A stretch of DNA of 64,000 bases, from assembly GCA_965208615.1 (NCBI GenBank), contig CBDBPB010000008.1, forward strand, positions 64,001 through 128,000. Reading direction: 5' to 3'. Shown here in pieces: positions 39,038-49,497 of the stretch. Origin of the DNA: Spirochaetota bacterium. GTDB lineage: Bacteria; Spirochaetota; UBA6919; CBDBPB01. Each line of letters opens with the position of its first letter. Within the stretch, counting starts at the first letter, position 1. Below the pieces are notes generated by a model that saw only the letters and a program-made list of their open reading frames with translations, was not told the origin of the DNA and made no database searches. The translations under genes and the position numbers were made by a program.

Positions 39038-40366
39038 ATGAATTATAAAAGTATGAATCATCAAAGAATGAAGCAGCTTTATTTAACATCCAAAAGACTT
39101 ATCAAAAATGAGTACTTTTTAAGGGCTCTAAACATTTTAATTAAGATTTCCTTAGGCCTAAAGCTTTATAGAAGGCCTCCTTTTAAAAGGGATGATATAT
39201 TAAATCTTGCCTCAATATGCTGTGAACAGCTTAATAGAAAGTCTATTAATGAAGAAGCCTTACTTGCTTATGGCGTTATATTAAGGAATGCCAATTCCAT
39301 AGAAGAAAGCATTAAGGTTTTTGATAGTGTATTAAGTACTAAGCCAAATAAAGAGGCCATTTTAGAAAAGGCTTGTTCTTTCGAAATAATAGGGGAAAAT
39401 AAAAAAGCTTGTTCGTTATTGTTGAAGGCATTAAAGATTTATCCATTTGATAAGATGGTTTTAAACAACTTGGCAACATTATATGAAAACGAAGGTAATT
39501 TAGACCTTGCATTAAACTATTATAACTTAGCTCTAGACGTTGACAAGACGGCTGGAATAACCTATTATAATAAAGGTAGGGTATTATACATCCTTGATCA
39601 GTTTGATGAGGCACTATCCCATTTTAAAACGGCAATACAATTGTATGACAAAAGCGATGTTAGAATTGTGGATGTTTATATTTTTTTAGGAGACTCTCAA
39701 TTTAACTTAAACCAGTATAAGCTGGCTGAGGGAACTTATAAAGAGATTATTAGTTTATTCCCTAAAAGGGGTGAAGGATATTTTAGTCTAGGGGAGTTTT
39801 ATTTTAATATAGGAAAGGTAATACAGGCTCTAAACTTGATTGATAAAGCTATTAGATATTCTCCACCCAATTGTAATTATTATCATAAAAAAGCACTTTT
39901 ATTAGTACATTTAAATATGGGTGAAAAGGCTATTAGCATAATAGAAAAGGCATTTAACTACTTTCCTGATGACGTTGGACTATTAGATTTATACGGTGAA
40001 ATTAATTTATCCTGCGCTAACTATAATAAGGCAATTTATTCTTTTAGTAAAAGGCTGGATATTGAAGCTGATAATGAAAGATTATATCTTCTTGCTATAT
40101 CTTATTTTCATATAGAGGATTACAGTAGCTCTCTTTATTTTGTTAACCAGTTTATTGTTGAAAACAAAAGCTTTGTGGATGCATATATACTAAGGGCAAA
40201 GATAAATGCTATTACTGGTTATTATCACCTTGCTATGGCTGATTTATATAAGGTTTTGCAGATCGATAGTGAAAAACTTTATTTAGATGATAGCGACTGG
40301 TATTACTTTGAAGATCTCTTACACATTGAGGAATATCAAAAGTTTATAAAAAAAGTTAGAAGATAA
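39038..40366 (+). CDS. TPR repeat protein
   Basis: Repeated TPR helices (LNNLATLY, YYNKGRVLY, YFSLGEFYF). Confidence 0.85.
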   Translation: MNYKSMNHQRMKQLYLTSKRLIKNEYFLRALNILIKISLGLKLYRRPPFKRDDILNLASICCEQLNRKSINEEALLAYGVILRNANSIEESIKVFDSVLSTKPNKEAILEKACSFEIIGENKKACSLLLKALKIYPFDKMVLNNLATLYENEGNLDLALNYYNLALDVDKTAGITYYNKGRVLYILDQFDEALSHFKTAIQLYDKSDVRIVDVYIFLGDSQFNLNQYKLAEGTYKEIISLFPKRGEGYFSLGEFYFNIGKVIQALNLIDKAIRYSPPNCNYYHKKALLLVHLNMGEKAISIIEKAFNYFPDDVGLLDLYGEINLSCANYNKAIYSFSKRLDIEADNERLYLLAISYFHIEDYSSSLYFVNQFIVENKSFVDAYILRAKINAITGYYHLAMADLYKVLQIDSEKLYLDDSDWYYFEDLLHIEEYQKFIKKVRR

Positions 40367-40481
40367 AATATTCTATTTTAAAATAAGCCTACTTTTCTAT
40401 TTTCCTACTTTAGTTTTTCATTCTTTATTATTTAATCCTTTTATACGGGTGTTAGTTAGTTTTGTAATTAGGTTTTTAGTT

Positions 40482-41318
40482 ATGGCTAACAGCTATTATT
40501 ATTTGGTATCAGGTTTAGCGGATATTACTATTAATGATAATAAGCTTTTGTTTAGTCAGACCAGCTTTAGGGATGACATTAGGGATAAGATAGCTCTTAG
40601 GGACTATATTTTAGTTGAGAGTTTATTTTTAGTTTATGACAATGAAAATCTTATTAGCCTGCTTAAGGATGAGGATACTTTTAACAATAAAGGCAACTAT
40701 ACAAAAGACTTTATAGATAGTGCTATACGCTATGATAGCGGTTTACCTGATTATATGAGGACTTTTATTCATCTTTTTAGGAATGCAGATTTTAAATATG
40801 ATGGTATTAGCTGGGAGGTTCAGTTAGCTAGTTTGTATTATGAGCATGTTTTATCACTGGATAATGATTTTCTTAAAAGGTGGTTTTTATTTGAGTTATC
40901 CCTTAACAATATTATTTCTGCACTCAACTGTCGTAAACACGGATATAATCCAAAGAAAGAGTTAGTATATGTAGAAGGTAATGTTATTTACGACAGTATT
41001 ATTAATAAATACAACACAAGGGATTTTGATATATCCAGGCATTTTCCTTTTATGGATAAGCTTATCAACTTGCATGAGCATAGTTATCTTTTGGAAAGGG
41101 AAAGAAAGGTTGATCTCTACAAATGGCAGACTTTGGATGAGCTTGGATTATTTTACTACTTTACTATTGAGAGAATTTTAATATACATATTAAAGTTAAG
41201 GATAGTAGAGAGGTGGCTACAATTAGATATACTTTTTGCTAAAAAGGTGTTTAATAGTTTATTTAAAACTTTAGAAAAGGACTCTGAGTCATTGTATACT
41301 TATGTTGGTAAAGGGTAA
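40482..41318 (+). CDS. V-type ATPase accessory subunit (DUF2764/subunit C-like)
   Basis: MANSYYYLVSGLAD, FLKRWFLFE, FTIERILIYILKLRIVERW; directly upstream of subunit A. Confidence 0.8.
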   Translation: MANSYYYLVSGLADITINDNKLLFSQTSFRDDIRDKIALRDYILVESLFLVYDNENLISLLKDEDTFNNKGNYTKDFIDSAIRYDSGLPDYMRTFIHLFRNADFKYDGISWEVQLASLYYEHVLSLDNDFLKRWFLFELSLNNIISALNCRKHGYNPKKELVYVEGNVIYDSIINKYNTRDFDISRHFPFMDKLINLHEHSYLLERERKVDLYKWQTLDELGLFYYFTIERILIYILKLRIVERWLQLDILFAKKVFNSLFKTLEKDSESLYTYVGKG

Positions 41319-43059
41319 AGTTTTTGGTATTATAGCTAATTTGGTAATTGTGAAGATTTATGGTGATGTTGCTCAAAATGAGGTTTGTCATATTCACATT
41401 AACGATATTAGGCTATTGGCTGAGGTGATTAAGGTAATCGATGACAAGGCTTATGTACAGGTGTATGAGAGTACTGTAGGTCTTAGAGTTGGTGCTGAGG
41501 TATATTTTTCTGGTCACCTTATTGAGGTTACTTTGGGACCAGGACTTTTGTCCAGGAATTATGATGGACTTCAAAATGACCTTAACAAAAGGGATGGGCT
41601 TTTTTTAAAAAGGGGAGAGCATGTTGACCCTTTAGACTATAATAAATTATGGACATATAATCCCATTGCTAAAAAAGGTGACTTCGTTTCTGCAGGAGAC
41701 TGGATTGCTGAAGTAAAAGAAAATTGGATATCCCATAAGATTATGGTTCCATTTAGCCTTAGTGATCGCTGGGTCATTAAGGATATTGTTAATTCTGGTG
41801 AATATAGTATTTCTGATACTGTTGCTATTCTTGCTAACAAGGATGGTAAAGAAGTTAATATTACTATGGCTCAAAACTGGCCTATTAAAAAGGCTATAAA
41901 GGCATATTCAGAGAAGATAAGGCCATATAGGCTTATGGAGACAGGCATTAGGATGATCGATATGATTAATCCTATGGCAGAAGGTGGTACTGGCTTTATA
42001 CCAGGACCTTTTGGATGTGGTAAAACTGTTTTACAGCATAGCTTATCCAAACAAGCCAATGCGGATATGATTATTTTTGTTGCCTGTGGAGAAAGGGCTA
42101 ATGAGATAGTGGATATTTTTTATAAATTACCAAATCTTGATGACCCAAGGACTAATAGAAAGCTCTCTGAGAGAACAATAGTTATTTGTAATACATCTAA
42201 TATGCCTGTGGCCGCAAGAGAAGCATCAGTTTATACCGGAATGACCATTGCTGAATATTATAGATCAATGGGACTTAAAGTATTACTCCTTGCTGATTCC
42301 ACTTCCAGATGGGCACAAGCCTTACGAGAAATGTCCAATAGAATGGAGGAGATACCAGGAGCTGATGCTTTTCCTGTAGATTTATCTACTATAATATCCA
42401 ATTTTTACTCAAGGGCGGGTATTGTTCTCCTCAACAATAAGATGACTGGTTCTATAACCTTAATTGCTACTGTATCCCCAGCTGGAGGTAATCTTAAAGA
42501 GCCTGTTACTGAGGCTACAAAAAAGGCCACTAAGTGTTATTATGCCTTATCACAGGATAGGGCGGATAGTAAAAGATATCCGGCATTAGACTACACTGAA
42601 AGCTACTCAAAGTATTTGGAATATAAGGAAATTAGAGACTTTCTTTATTTTAATATATCACATTTATGGTTAGCGGGTGTTGAACATTTAAAAAATGTAC
42701 TGGTTAGGGGGAGAGAGGCTTATGATCAGATTAACATTTTAGGTGATGATGGTGTTCCATTGGATTATCATATAAGGTTTTGGCGGTCTGAGCTGATTGA
42801 TTTTATAATTTTACAGCAGGATGCTTATGATGAACAGGATTCCTCTACTCCTATAGAGAGGCAGAAATATATGTTAAATCTTGTTGTAGACTTATGCAAA
42901 ACTAATTTTACCTTTGATAAATTTGAAGAGGTTAGAATATTTTTCAAAAGGCTTATAAATCAGCTTAAGCAAATGAATTATAGTATATTTAAGTCTGAGG
43001 GTTTTTATGTCTATGAAAGAGAGTTGGATAATATTGTCTTAGAACGAAAGTTAACATGA
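41302..43059 (+). CDS. ntpA: V-type ATP synthase subunit A
   Basis: P-loop GPFGCGKT, ACGERANE, NTSNMPVAAREAS, ADSTSRWAQALRE. Confidence 0.96.
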   Translation: MLVKGKVFGIIANLVIVKIYGDVAQNEVCHIHINDIRLLAEVIKVIDDKAYVQVYESTVGLRVGAEVYFSGHLIEVTLGPGLLSRNYDGLQNDLNKRDGLFLKRGEHVDPLDYNKLWTYNPIAKKGDFVSAGDWIAEVKENWISHKIMVPFSLSDRWVIKDIVNSGEYSISDTVAILANKDGKEVNITMAQNWPIKKAIKAYSEKIRPYRLMETGIRMIDMINPMAEGGTGFIPGPFGCGKTVLQHSLSKQANADMIIFVACGERANEIVDIFYKLPNLDDPRTNRKLSERTIVICNTSNMPVAAREASVYTGMTIAEYYRSMGLKVLLLADSTSRWAQALREMSNRMEEIPGADAFPVDLSTIISNFYSRAGIVLLNNKMTGSITLIATVSPAGGNLKEPVTEATKKATKCYYALSQDRADSKRYPALDYTESYSKYLEYKEIRDFLYFNISHLWLAGVEHLKNVLVRGREAYDQINILGDDGVPLDYHIRFWRSELIDFIILQQDAYDEQDSSTPIERQKYMLNLVVDLCKTNFTFDKFEEVRIFFKRLINQLKQMNYSIFKSEGFYVYERELDNIVLERKLT

Positions 43060-44381
43060 TTAATTCTTGTGCTTTTCAGAGAATATATACCAAAATAGAT
43101 AAAATTACCAGAGCTACTTGTTCATTAAGGGCTTATGGTGTTAGTTATAGAGAAATGGCTGTAGTAAACAAAAGAATGGCACAAGTTATCAAAATTATTG
43201 ATAATGAGGTTACCCTTCAGGTATTCTCTGGAACTGAAGGTATTCCTACTAATGCAGAGGTATTTTTTCTTGGTAATAGCCCCACTATTACAGTTGGGGA
43301 CGATTTAATTGGTGGTTTTTTTAATGCTTATGGAGAACCTCTTTATGGGGATATTTATATAGAGGGTGAAAAGAAAGAAATTATAGGTTCATCGGTTAAT
43401 CCTGTTAGACGGGAATTGCCTTCTAAGCTAATTACCACTGGTATTCCGGGAATAGATTTAAATAATACCATTGTTACAGGGCAAAAGATACCATTTTTTG
43501 CTGATGCACATGAGCCATTCAACCAGATTATGGCTATGACGGTTTTAGGTGCTGGAGCTGACAAGATTATTTTAGGGGGTATTGGTTTATCCAACGACGA
43601 TTTTTTATTTTACAAGTCCACTTTTGATAATAAGGGTATATTAGATAAGATTATTTGTTTTATAAATACTACTGAGGATCCGCCTGTTGAAAGGCTTTTG
43701 ATACCTGATACGGCATTGACTGCGGCTGAATATTTTGCCGTTGAAAAAGATGAGGATGTTTTAGTACTACTAACTGATATGACTAACTATGCAGAGGCTC
43801 TTAGTATTGTATCCAACAAAATGGATCAAATACCGTCTAAGGATAGTATGCCTGGTTCTTTGTATAGTGATTTGGCCAGAGTTTATGAAAAAGCTGTACA
43901 ACTACCATCTGGAGGGTCTATTACTATTATTTCGGTTACCAGTATATCAGGGGATGACATTACTCATGCCATACCTGATAATACTGGCTATATAACCGAA
44001 GGACAGCTTTTTTTAAGAAGCGATTCTGATATTAACAAAGTTATCGTTGATCCATTTAGGAGCTTATCCAGGCTCAAGCAGTTAGTTATTGGAACTAAAA
44101 CCAGAAAAGATCATCCACAGGTTATGAATACAGCAATACGTTTGTATACTGATGCGGCTAATGCCAAAACTAAGTTTGAAAACGGATTTGAGCTATCCGA
44201 TTATGATAATAGGGCTATAGCTTTTGCAAGGGATTATTCAGAAAGTCTTTTGGCTATTGACGTTAATCTTGATATTAATTCTATGTTGGACAAAGCATGG
44301 CAGTTATTTGCAAAGTATTTTACCCCTATTGAAACGGCTATTAAGCAAGACTTGGTAGACAAATATTGGTATAGACAATGA
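43056..44381 (+). CDS. ntpB: V-type ATP synthase subunit B
   Basis: TLQVFSGTEGI, GQKIPFF, LLTDMTNY, PGSLYSDLA, DDITHAIPDNTGYITEGQ, SLSRL. Confidence 0.95.
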   Translation: MINSCAFQRIYTKIDKITRATCSLRAYGVSYREMAVVNKRMAQVIKIIDNEVTLQVFSGTEGIPTNAEVFFLGNSPTITVGDDLIGGFFNAYGEPLYGDIYIEGEKKEIIGSSVNPVRRELPSKLITTGIPGIDLNNTIVTGQKIPFFADAHEPFNQIMAMTVLGAGADKIILGGIGLSNDDFLFYKSTFDNKGILDKIICFINTTEDPPVERLLIPDTALTAAEYFAVEKDEDVLVLLTDMTNYAEALSIVSNKMDQIPSKDSMPGSLYSDLARVYEKAVQLPSGGSITIISVTSISGDDITHAIPDNTGYITEGQLFLRSDSDINKVIVDPFRSLSRLKQLVIGTKTRKDHPQVMNTAIRLYTDAANAKTKFENGFELSDYDNRAIAFARDYSESLLAIDVNLDINSMLDKAWQLFAKYFTPIETAIKQDLVDKYWYRQ

Positions 44382-44983
44382 ATATAAAGTTCCACTATAC
44401 TAAAACGTCCTTACAAAGCCTGAATAAACAACTTAACACTAGACTAAATGCATTACCTACAATAAAAAACAAGGAGTCTGCCCTTAGAACTGAGGTACAA
44501 AGGGTTAAATCGGAGTTAAAGGCTGTTGAAACGCTAATAAACAAAAAACTAACCGAATATAAAAATATTATTAGTCTTTGGGCTGAGTTTGACCCTAGTA
44601 TAGTTACCATAAGGGAGCTTATATTGGATAGTAAAAAAATTGCCGGGATTAACGTTCCTATTTTGAGGGATATTATCTTTTCTATAAAGAACTTTAGTTT
44701 ATTTAATAGTCCCAAATGGTTTTTGGATGGCATTGTTATTATTAAGGATATATCCAGGATTATTATTGAGAAGAATATATTATCCAGCAGGATTAAACTT
44801 CTTGATCATGCAAGGAAAAAGGCTACTCAAAAGGTTAATTTGTATGAGAAGGTACAAATACCCGACTACCAAAAGGCTATTATAAAGATTAATAATTTTC
44901 TAGAGGATGAAGAGAACTTATCCATTGCCGCTCAGAAAATGGCTAAGAAAAAAAGGGAACATAATAATATTATTATGGGCTAA
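44378..44983 (+). CDS. ntpD: V-type ATP synthase subunit D
   Basis: TKTSLQ, LPTIKNKE, KATQKVNLYEKVQIP; operon position. Confidence 0.92.
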   Translation: MNIKFHYTKTSLQSLNKQLNTRLNALPTIKNKESALRTEVQRVKSELKAVETLINKKLTEYKNIISLWAEFDPSIVTIRELILDSKKIAGINVPILRDIIFSIKNFSLFNSPKWFLDGIVIIKDISRIIIEKNILSSRIKLLDHARKKATQKVNLYEKVQIPDYQKAIIKINNFLEDEENLSIAAQKMAKKKREHNNIIMG

Positions 44984-44986
44984 TTT

Positions 44987-46759
44987 ATGATTATATCAAT
45001 GGAACATTTTAGTTTTTTAATTTATCACAAAGAGTATAAGGCTTTTTTATATGAGCTTAGGGATATTGGTGTAGTCCATATTATCGAAAAAAAGAACTGG
45101 ATAAATAAAGAAAACCTGGATAAGTATGAGTTAATAAAGGAATTTAAAAGTACAATTAAATATCTTAAAAATAGAAAGACTAATACAATATGTTATAGCA
45201 AATCGACCAATGGCTTTTTGATACTGGATGATGTTAATAAACTAAGATCCTTGCTGACAGAGTATAAACAACTTAGAGCCGATATAGAAAAGAAAATCAA
45301 CGATATTGAGCCATGGGGTGATTTCTCCATTGAGGTTATAAACCGTTTAGCGGATAATGGTATTAGAATTCGTTTTTTTACATGTCTGGATAAGTTGTTT
45401 AACCCAGAGTGGGAAAGCTTATATAATTTAGAGGTTATACATAGAAGCTCTAATATAGTTTATTTTATAGTACTACACAAGGATAGTGATAATATAGATA
45501 TTAACGTAGAGGAGGTTAAATTAGAAAAGCAGTCATTATCTGCTCTTAGGAATGACTTAAAAAGTGTAATATCCGATATTTATGACATCAATAGGGCTAT
45601 TGATGGGTATACTAATAAATGTATAGGCTTTTTAGAGAGTAGTTGCAATAGCCTTGAGGAAAGCTATGACTATGATATGGCTTTCTTTAGCGGAAATAAG
45701 ACGGCAGATGATAAACTTATAGTTTTAGAGGGTTGGGTGCCTCAGTCTAAGATAGATTGCCTTATATCATATTTAGAGGACAAACGTATAGTATATTCTA
45801 TATCCCTAGTCAATAAGGGGGATAGTGTACCTATTTTATTGAGTAACAATAGGTTTACAAGGCTATTTGAGTGGATTGGTAAATTATTTTCTTTACCTGC
45901 TTATGTTGAGTTAGATTTAACTGTATTTTTTGCACCTTTTTTTATTATGTTTTTCGGCTTTTGCCTTGGTGATGGGGGATATGGTCTTATTCTTTTTTTA
46001 TTTGTTAGCACTTATAAGTTTTGGGCTAAGGAGGATATAAAAGTTTATTTATCCATGGTACAACTTTTGTCATTATCGGCCGTATTCTTTGGTATGTTGT
46101 CTGGAACTTTCTTTGGCATTCCACTAATTGGGGTTAATATAGGTTATACATTTTTAACGCCTAATATTATGTTTAATTTAGCCTTAGTGATTGGGATTAT
46201 ACAGGTTATATTTGCCATTATTCTGCGTATAGTCAATATTATTATTCAAAGGGGATTTATTTATTCATTATCGAGTATTGGGTGGTTAGGTTTTGTCCTA
46301 TCCTTCATACTATATTTTATATTGCCATACTTTGGCATTTCATTAATCCCCTTATACTTGTGGATAACAGCTATTATTAATATAGCTGTAATATTATTAT
46401 TTACTGATCCTGATGAGCCTGTTGTTAAGAGGTTTTTAAAAGGACTTTTTAGTATATATCTTAGTGTTACTGGCTTTTTTGGCGATGTACTATCATATAT
46501 TAGGTTATTCGCATTAGGTTTATCCAGTTCTATATTGGGTTTAGTTATTAACGACATAGCCATAAATATAAAAGGCTCAGGGGGACTTTTTAGAGAGCTG
46601 TTATTCATTATTTTTTTGCTAATAGGACATAGCTTAAATATTGTAATATCTTCACTTAGTGCTTTTGTGCATCCAATGAGGCTTACCTTTGTTGAGTTTT
46701 ATAAGAATGTCGGGTTTATAGGAGGAGGCAAGGTTTATAAGCCTTTTTCTAAGAAATAG
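44987..46759 (+). CDS. ntpI: V-type ATP synthase subunit I (a)
   Basis: LEGWVP, PAYVELD, FFGFCLGDGGYG, DVLSYIRLFAL, HPMRLTFVEF. Confidence 0.94.
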   Translation: MIISMEHFSFLIYHKEYKAFLYELRDIGVVHIIEKKNWINKENLDKYELIKEFKSTIKYLKNRKTNTICYSKSTNGFLILDDVNKLRSLLTEYKQLRADIEKKINDIEPWGDFSIEVINRLADNGIRIRFFTCLDKLFNPEWESLYNLEVIHRSSNIVYFIVLHKDSDNIDINVEEVKLEKQSLSALRNDLKSVISDIYDINRAIDGYTNKCIGFLESSCNSLEESYDYDMAFFSGNKTADDKLIVLEGWVPQSKIDCLISYLEDKRIVYSISLVNKGDSVPILLSNNRFTRLFEWIGKLFSLPAYVELDLTVFFAPFFIMFFGFCLGDGGYGLILFLFVSTYKFWAKEDIKVYLSMVQLLSLSAVFFGMLSGTFFGIPLIGVNIGYTFLTPNIMFNLALVIGIIQVIFAIILRIVNIIIQRGFIYSLSSIGWLGFVLSFILYFILPYFGISLIPLYLWITAIINIAVILLFTDPDEPVVKRFLKGLFSIYLSVTGFFGDVLSYIRLFALGLSSSILGLVINDIAINIKGSGGLFRELLFIIFLLIGHSLNIVISSLSAFVHPMRLTFVEFYKNVGFIGGGKVYKPFSKK

Positions 46760-46763
46760 TAAT

Positions 46764-47720
46764 TTATGTTTTAAACTTAGTAATAAAAATCTCAAACTTG
46801 ACCATATAGCTAATTTTATCCAGTACTCTTACGGAGTAGTCAAGGTTGGTTAGAAAGTGGAATAGGCTTTCTAAGTGCGAAAATGAAAATCTTTTTTCTT
46901 GTGCATATAGTTTATTGACAACAAATTGGGGAAGCCCTATTACCTTATTTATCTCTTTAGCATGAGTATTTGACTTTTTTAGAGTTTTTAGCCTCCATAA
47001 TAGCCTAAGCTGTCTGTGGATCATGGATATTAAAAATATACATTTATCATCTTCATTGATTATTAGTCTAAATAGTCTAAGACTTTTTAGTATATCGTTA
47101 GAGAATAGGCATTCTATAAACTCAAATACCGATGGAATGCGAGATGCACACAGTATATGAGGGATGTCGCTAGCTTTAAATGTTTTACCATTAGTATAAA
47201 AGTTTTTAATGGTATTAACTATATAGTCTATGTTGGTTAAGTATCCCTCTTCTTGCTCTATTAGATGGCTAATGGCATTTATTTCATACTTTATTTTAGC
47301 TTTATCTAACTTTGTGGATAATAGCTCCATTAACTCATTGGATTTCTTTTCCATAAAGACTTGACATAAACCGAACTCCTCAGAATATTTAACTATATTT
47401 TTATTAATATCTTTTTTAGCTTTAGAAGAAGTTAAAATTAAAACAGCACTACTACACGGACTTTCAATATACTTAGTTATGATTTTGTGATCCAACAGAT
47501 CACTGTTAAATACCTTAACTATTTTTACAGCAGATAATATTGAATATGTATTACACTCAGAGACTATATCTTGTGCATGACTATCTTCAGCAAAGAAAGA
47601 AAAGGAATCAATCTTATTACCTTGTTTTATGATATAGTTTTCAATTTCTTTTATACGTTTTTTAATACCTTCATGATCTGTTCCGGTTAACAGATAAACC
47701 GAATGTACTTTGTTAGTCAA
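46764..47720 (-). CDS. holA: DNA polymerase III delta subunit
   Basis: VYLLTG, degenerate clamp-loader fold, SVFEFIE, LPQFVVNK, LTNLDYSVR. Confidence 0.75.
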   Translation of the reverse strand: MTNKVHSVYLLTGTDHEGIKKRIKEIENYIIKQGNKIDSFSFFAEDSHAQDIVSECNTYSILSAVKIVKVFNSDLLDHKIITKYIESPCSSAVLILTSSKAKKDINKNIVKYSEEFGLCQVFMEKKSNELMELLSTKLDKAKIKYEINAISHLIEQEEGYLTNIDYIVNTIKNFYTNGKTFKASDIPHILCASRIPSVFEFIECLFSNDILKSLRLFRLIINEDDKCIFLISMIHRQLRLLWRLKTLKKSNTHAKEINKVIGLPQFVVNKLYAQEKRFSFSHLESLFHFLTNLDYSVRVLDKISYMVKFEIFITKFKT

Positions 47721-47741
47721 GGTTTTTCCTTATAATAATAT

Positions 47742-48491
47742 TTATATTAAGGCAAAAAATGACATAATTCTACCACTTTTACTACCTTCTTTTCTATGCG
47801 AATAAAAAAGGTCTATATTGCATGACGTACAAAGGGCAGAATCGCTAAATATATTGCTTATTCCAAGGGTATTCGCTTGTTGAGTGTTTTCTTTAACCAG
47901 ATTTAGATAGTAATGATTTTCTTTTTCTTTTAGAACTTCTTTGCTAAAAGTATTTTTAAAGCTGTCAGATACCTCATAACAACACTCTCTAATACAAGGA
48001 CCAAAGGATATAATAATATCCTTGGAATTGGAGTTGTATAATTTAATAAAAAGGTTAATAGCCTTTTCTATTATTCTTTTAGCAGTACCCTTCCATCCTG
48101 CATGCAAAAGGGATATAATACTTTTTTCTTTATCTAAAATGAATATAGGAAGACAATCTGCACTTTGTATACATAAAACAATATTTTTGTTATTGGTTAT
48201 AAGTCCATCGCAGTCTTTAATGGCATTATTATCACTAAAAGCTCCGCTCCCCCTATTAGAAACGAAAACAGGTGTAATACTACTATGATGTATCTGTTTT
48301 GCAAATACGCCAAAGTCAAGGGGTAATGATATACTATCAAACAAGTTAAGACGATTATCTAAAGTATTATATGTATTCCCTTTGCTAAAGCTAATATTGA
48401 AATCTTTATTGTTTAAACTTCTATAAGAGGTACCACAAATAACATTACCATAGTTTTCTATTATGTTATGCTGGAACAGTTGATTTATAAT
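47742..48491 (-). CDS. pgeF: PgeF/YfiH purine nucleoside phosphorylase-like protein; start probably non-canonical (ATT 48491 or ATA 48488)
   Basis: KQIH, DGLIT, SADCLP, HAGWKG, GPCI..CCYEV, FYSHR; frame stays open 49 codons upstream of the TTG at 48344 with PgeF-like N-terminal sequence. Confidence 0.85.
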   Translation of the reverse strand: MINQLFQHNIIENYGNVICGTSYRSLNNKDFNISFSKGNTYNTLDNRLNLFDSISLPLDFGVFAKQIHHSSITPVFVSNRGSGAFSDNNAIKDCDGLITNNKNIVLCIQSADCLPIFILDKEKSIISLLHAGWKGTAKRIIEKAINLFIKLYNSNSKDIIISFGPCIRECCYEVSDSFKNTFSKEVLKEKENHYYLNLVKENTQQANTLGISNIFSDSALCTSCNIDLFYSHRKEGSKSGRIMSFFALI

Positions 48492-49193
48492 CTATCCTTT
48501 ACCAATATAAAAATCTTCAATTCTATAGGTAGTCTCTTTTTGAAGAGATGCTTTTTTCATTCTCTCAGATGTACGCTCTATCTTAAAGGACTTTTTAACC
48601 TTTTGAGAATTAGGTTGTTCTGCCACAATCAAAAGTTCAAATTTACGGGTTGTAGAATTATTATAGTTATCCTCAATAGGCTTGGGATAAAAAGTATAAT
48701 AGCCGCTTGTCTTATCAGATATGATATACGGATTATGCCATAATGAGTTTATCATAGCAACACTCTTATAGGAGCTATTTGTCTTATATTTTAATGTTAC
48801 TGCTATACCAGAGACCTCTTCCCATGTATCTAGCGAGATTATCTTGCCAACAAAGCAAGGAAAATGAAAGTAATATCCTTCATTTTTATAGTCTTTACTA
48901 ATAGTTTGTTCCTGACTAGTTATTTCATCACCTTTCCTACGGGAATAGATAACCCTCATACCCTTAGCTACTAATGCAAAAATATCAACATGTTCCTGTA
49001 AGTTTTTATCAAGCTTGCTTTCGGAGTGTATAACCCCTCTACCACTTGTAACATACATAGGTTTTAATCTATTTAATACATAACATGCCAGATCGTTTTT
49101 GTGTATATCGTTTTTCCAAAAATTATCGTTTGTCTCTTTTAGCATAACATTAACTGCATAAAAGACTACTTCTTCCATATTATTTTTCAACAT
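48492..49193 (-). CDS. ComFB-family protein with C-terminal beta domain
   Basis: KNNMEEVV, DLACYVLNRLKPMYVTSGRG typical of ComFB-domain proteins. Confidence 0.78.
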   Translation of the reverse strand: MLKNNMEEVVFYAVNVMLKETNDNFWKNDIHKNDLACYVLNRLKPMYVTSGRGVIHSESKLDKNLQEHVDIFALVAKGMRVIYSRRKGDEITSQEQTISKDYKNEGYYFHFPCFVGKIISLDTWEEVSGIAVTLKYKTNSSYKSVAMINSLWHNPYIISDKTSGYYTFYPKPIEDNYNNSTTRKFELLIVAEQPNSQKVKKSFKIERTSERMKKASLQKETTYRIEDFYIGKG

Positions 49194-49497
49194 AGGCTGT
49201 CCTTTTTATAAGGTTAGTCTTTTTCTAATAAAAAAATTATAGATAAATATAACCATATATCAACAAAAAGTTTTTTTTAGCTTAAAAACTAAACTTAGAA
49301 ACTCGAGTATATTAATAAAGTTAATATAAGGACTAAATGTGGGCAAGATAAAACAAAATTTTTGGTATGTTTCGTATAACGAAGAAGATGACGAAATACT
49401 TATTTCTGAAACTTCTTTTATAAGAAGGGACTTCATTAAACAACAAATCCAATTAAATACTAAAAAAACGGATAAAACTTATATATATTAATATCTT

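Noticed and set aside
48492-48494. Pyrrolysine decoding of the comFB TAG, with the radical SAM as PylB
   Set aside because: No pylS/C/D/T in the window; TAG is used as an ordinary stop in several genes here
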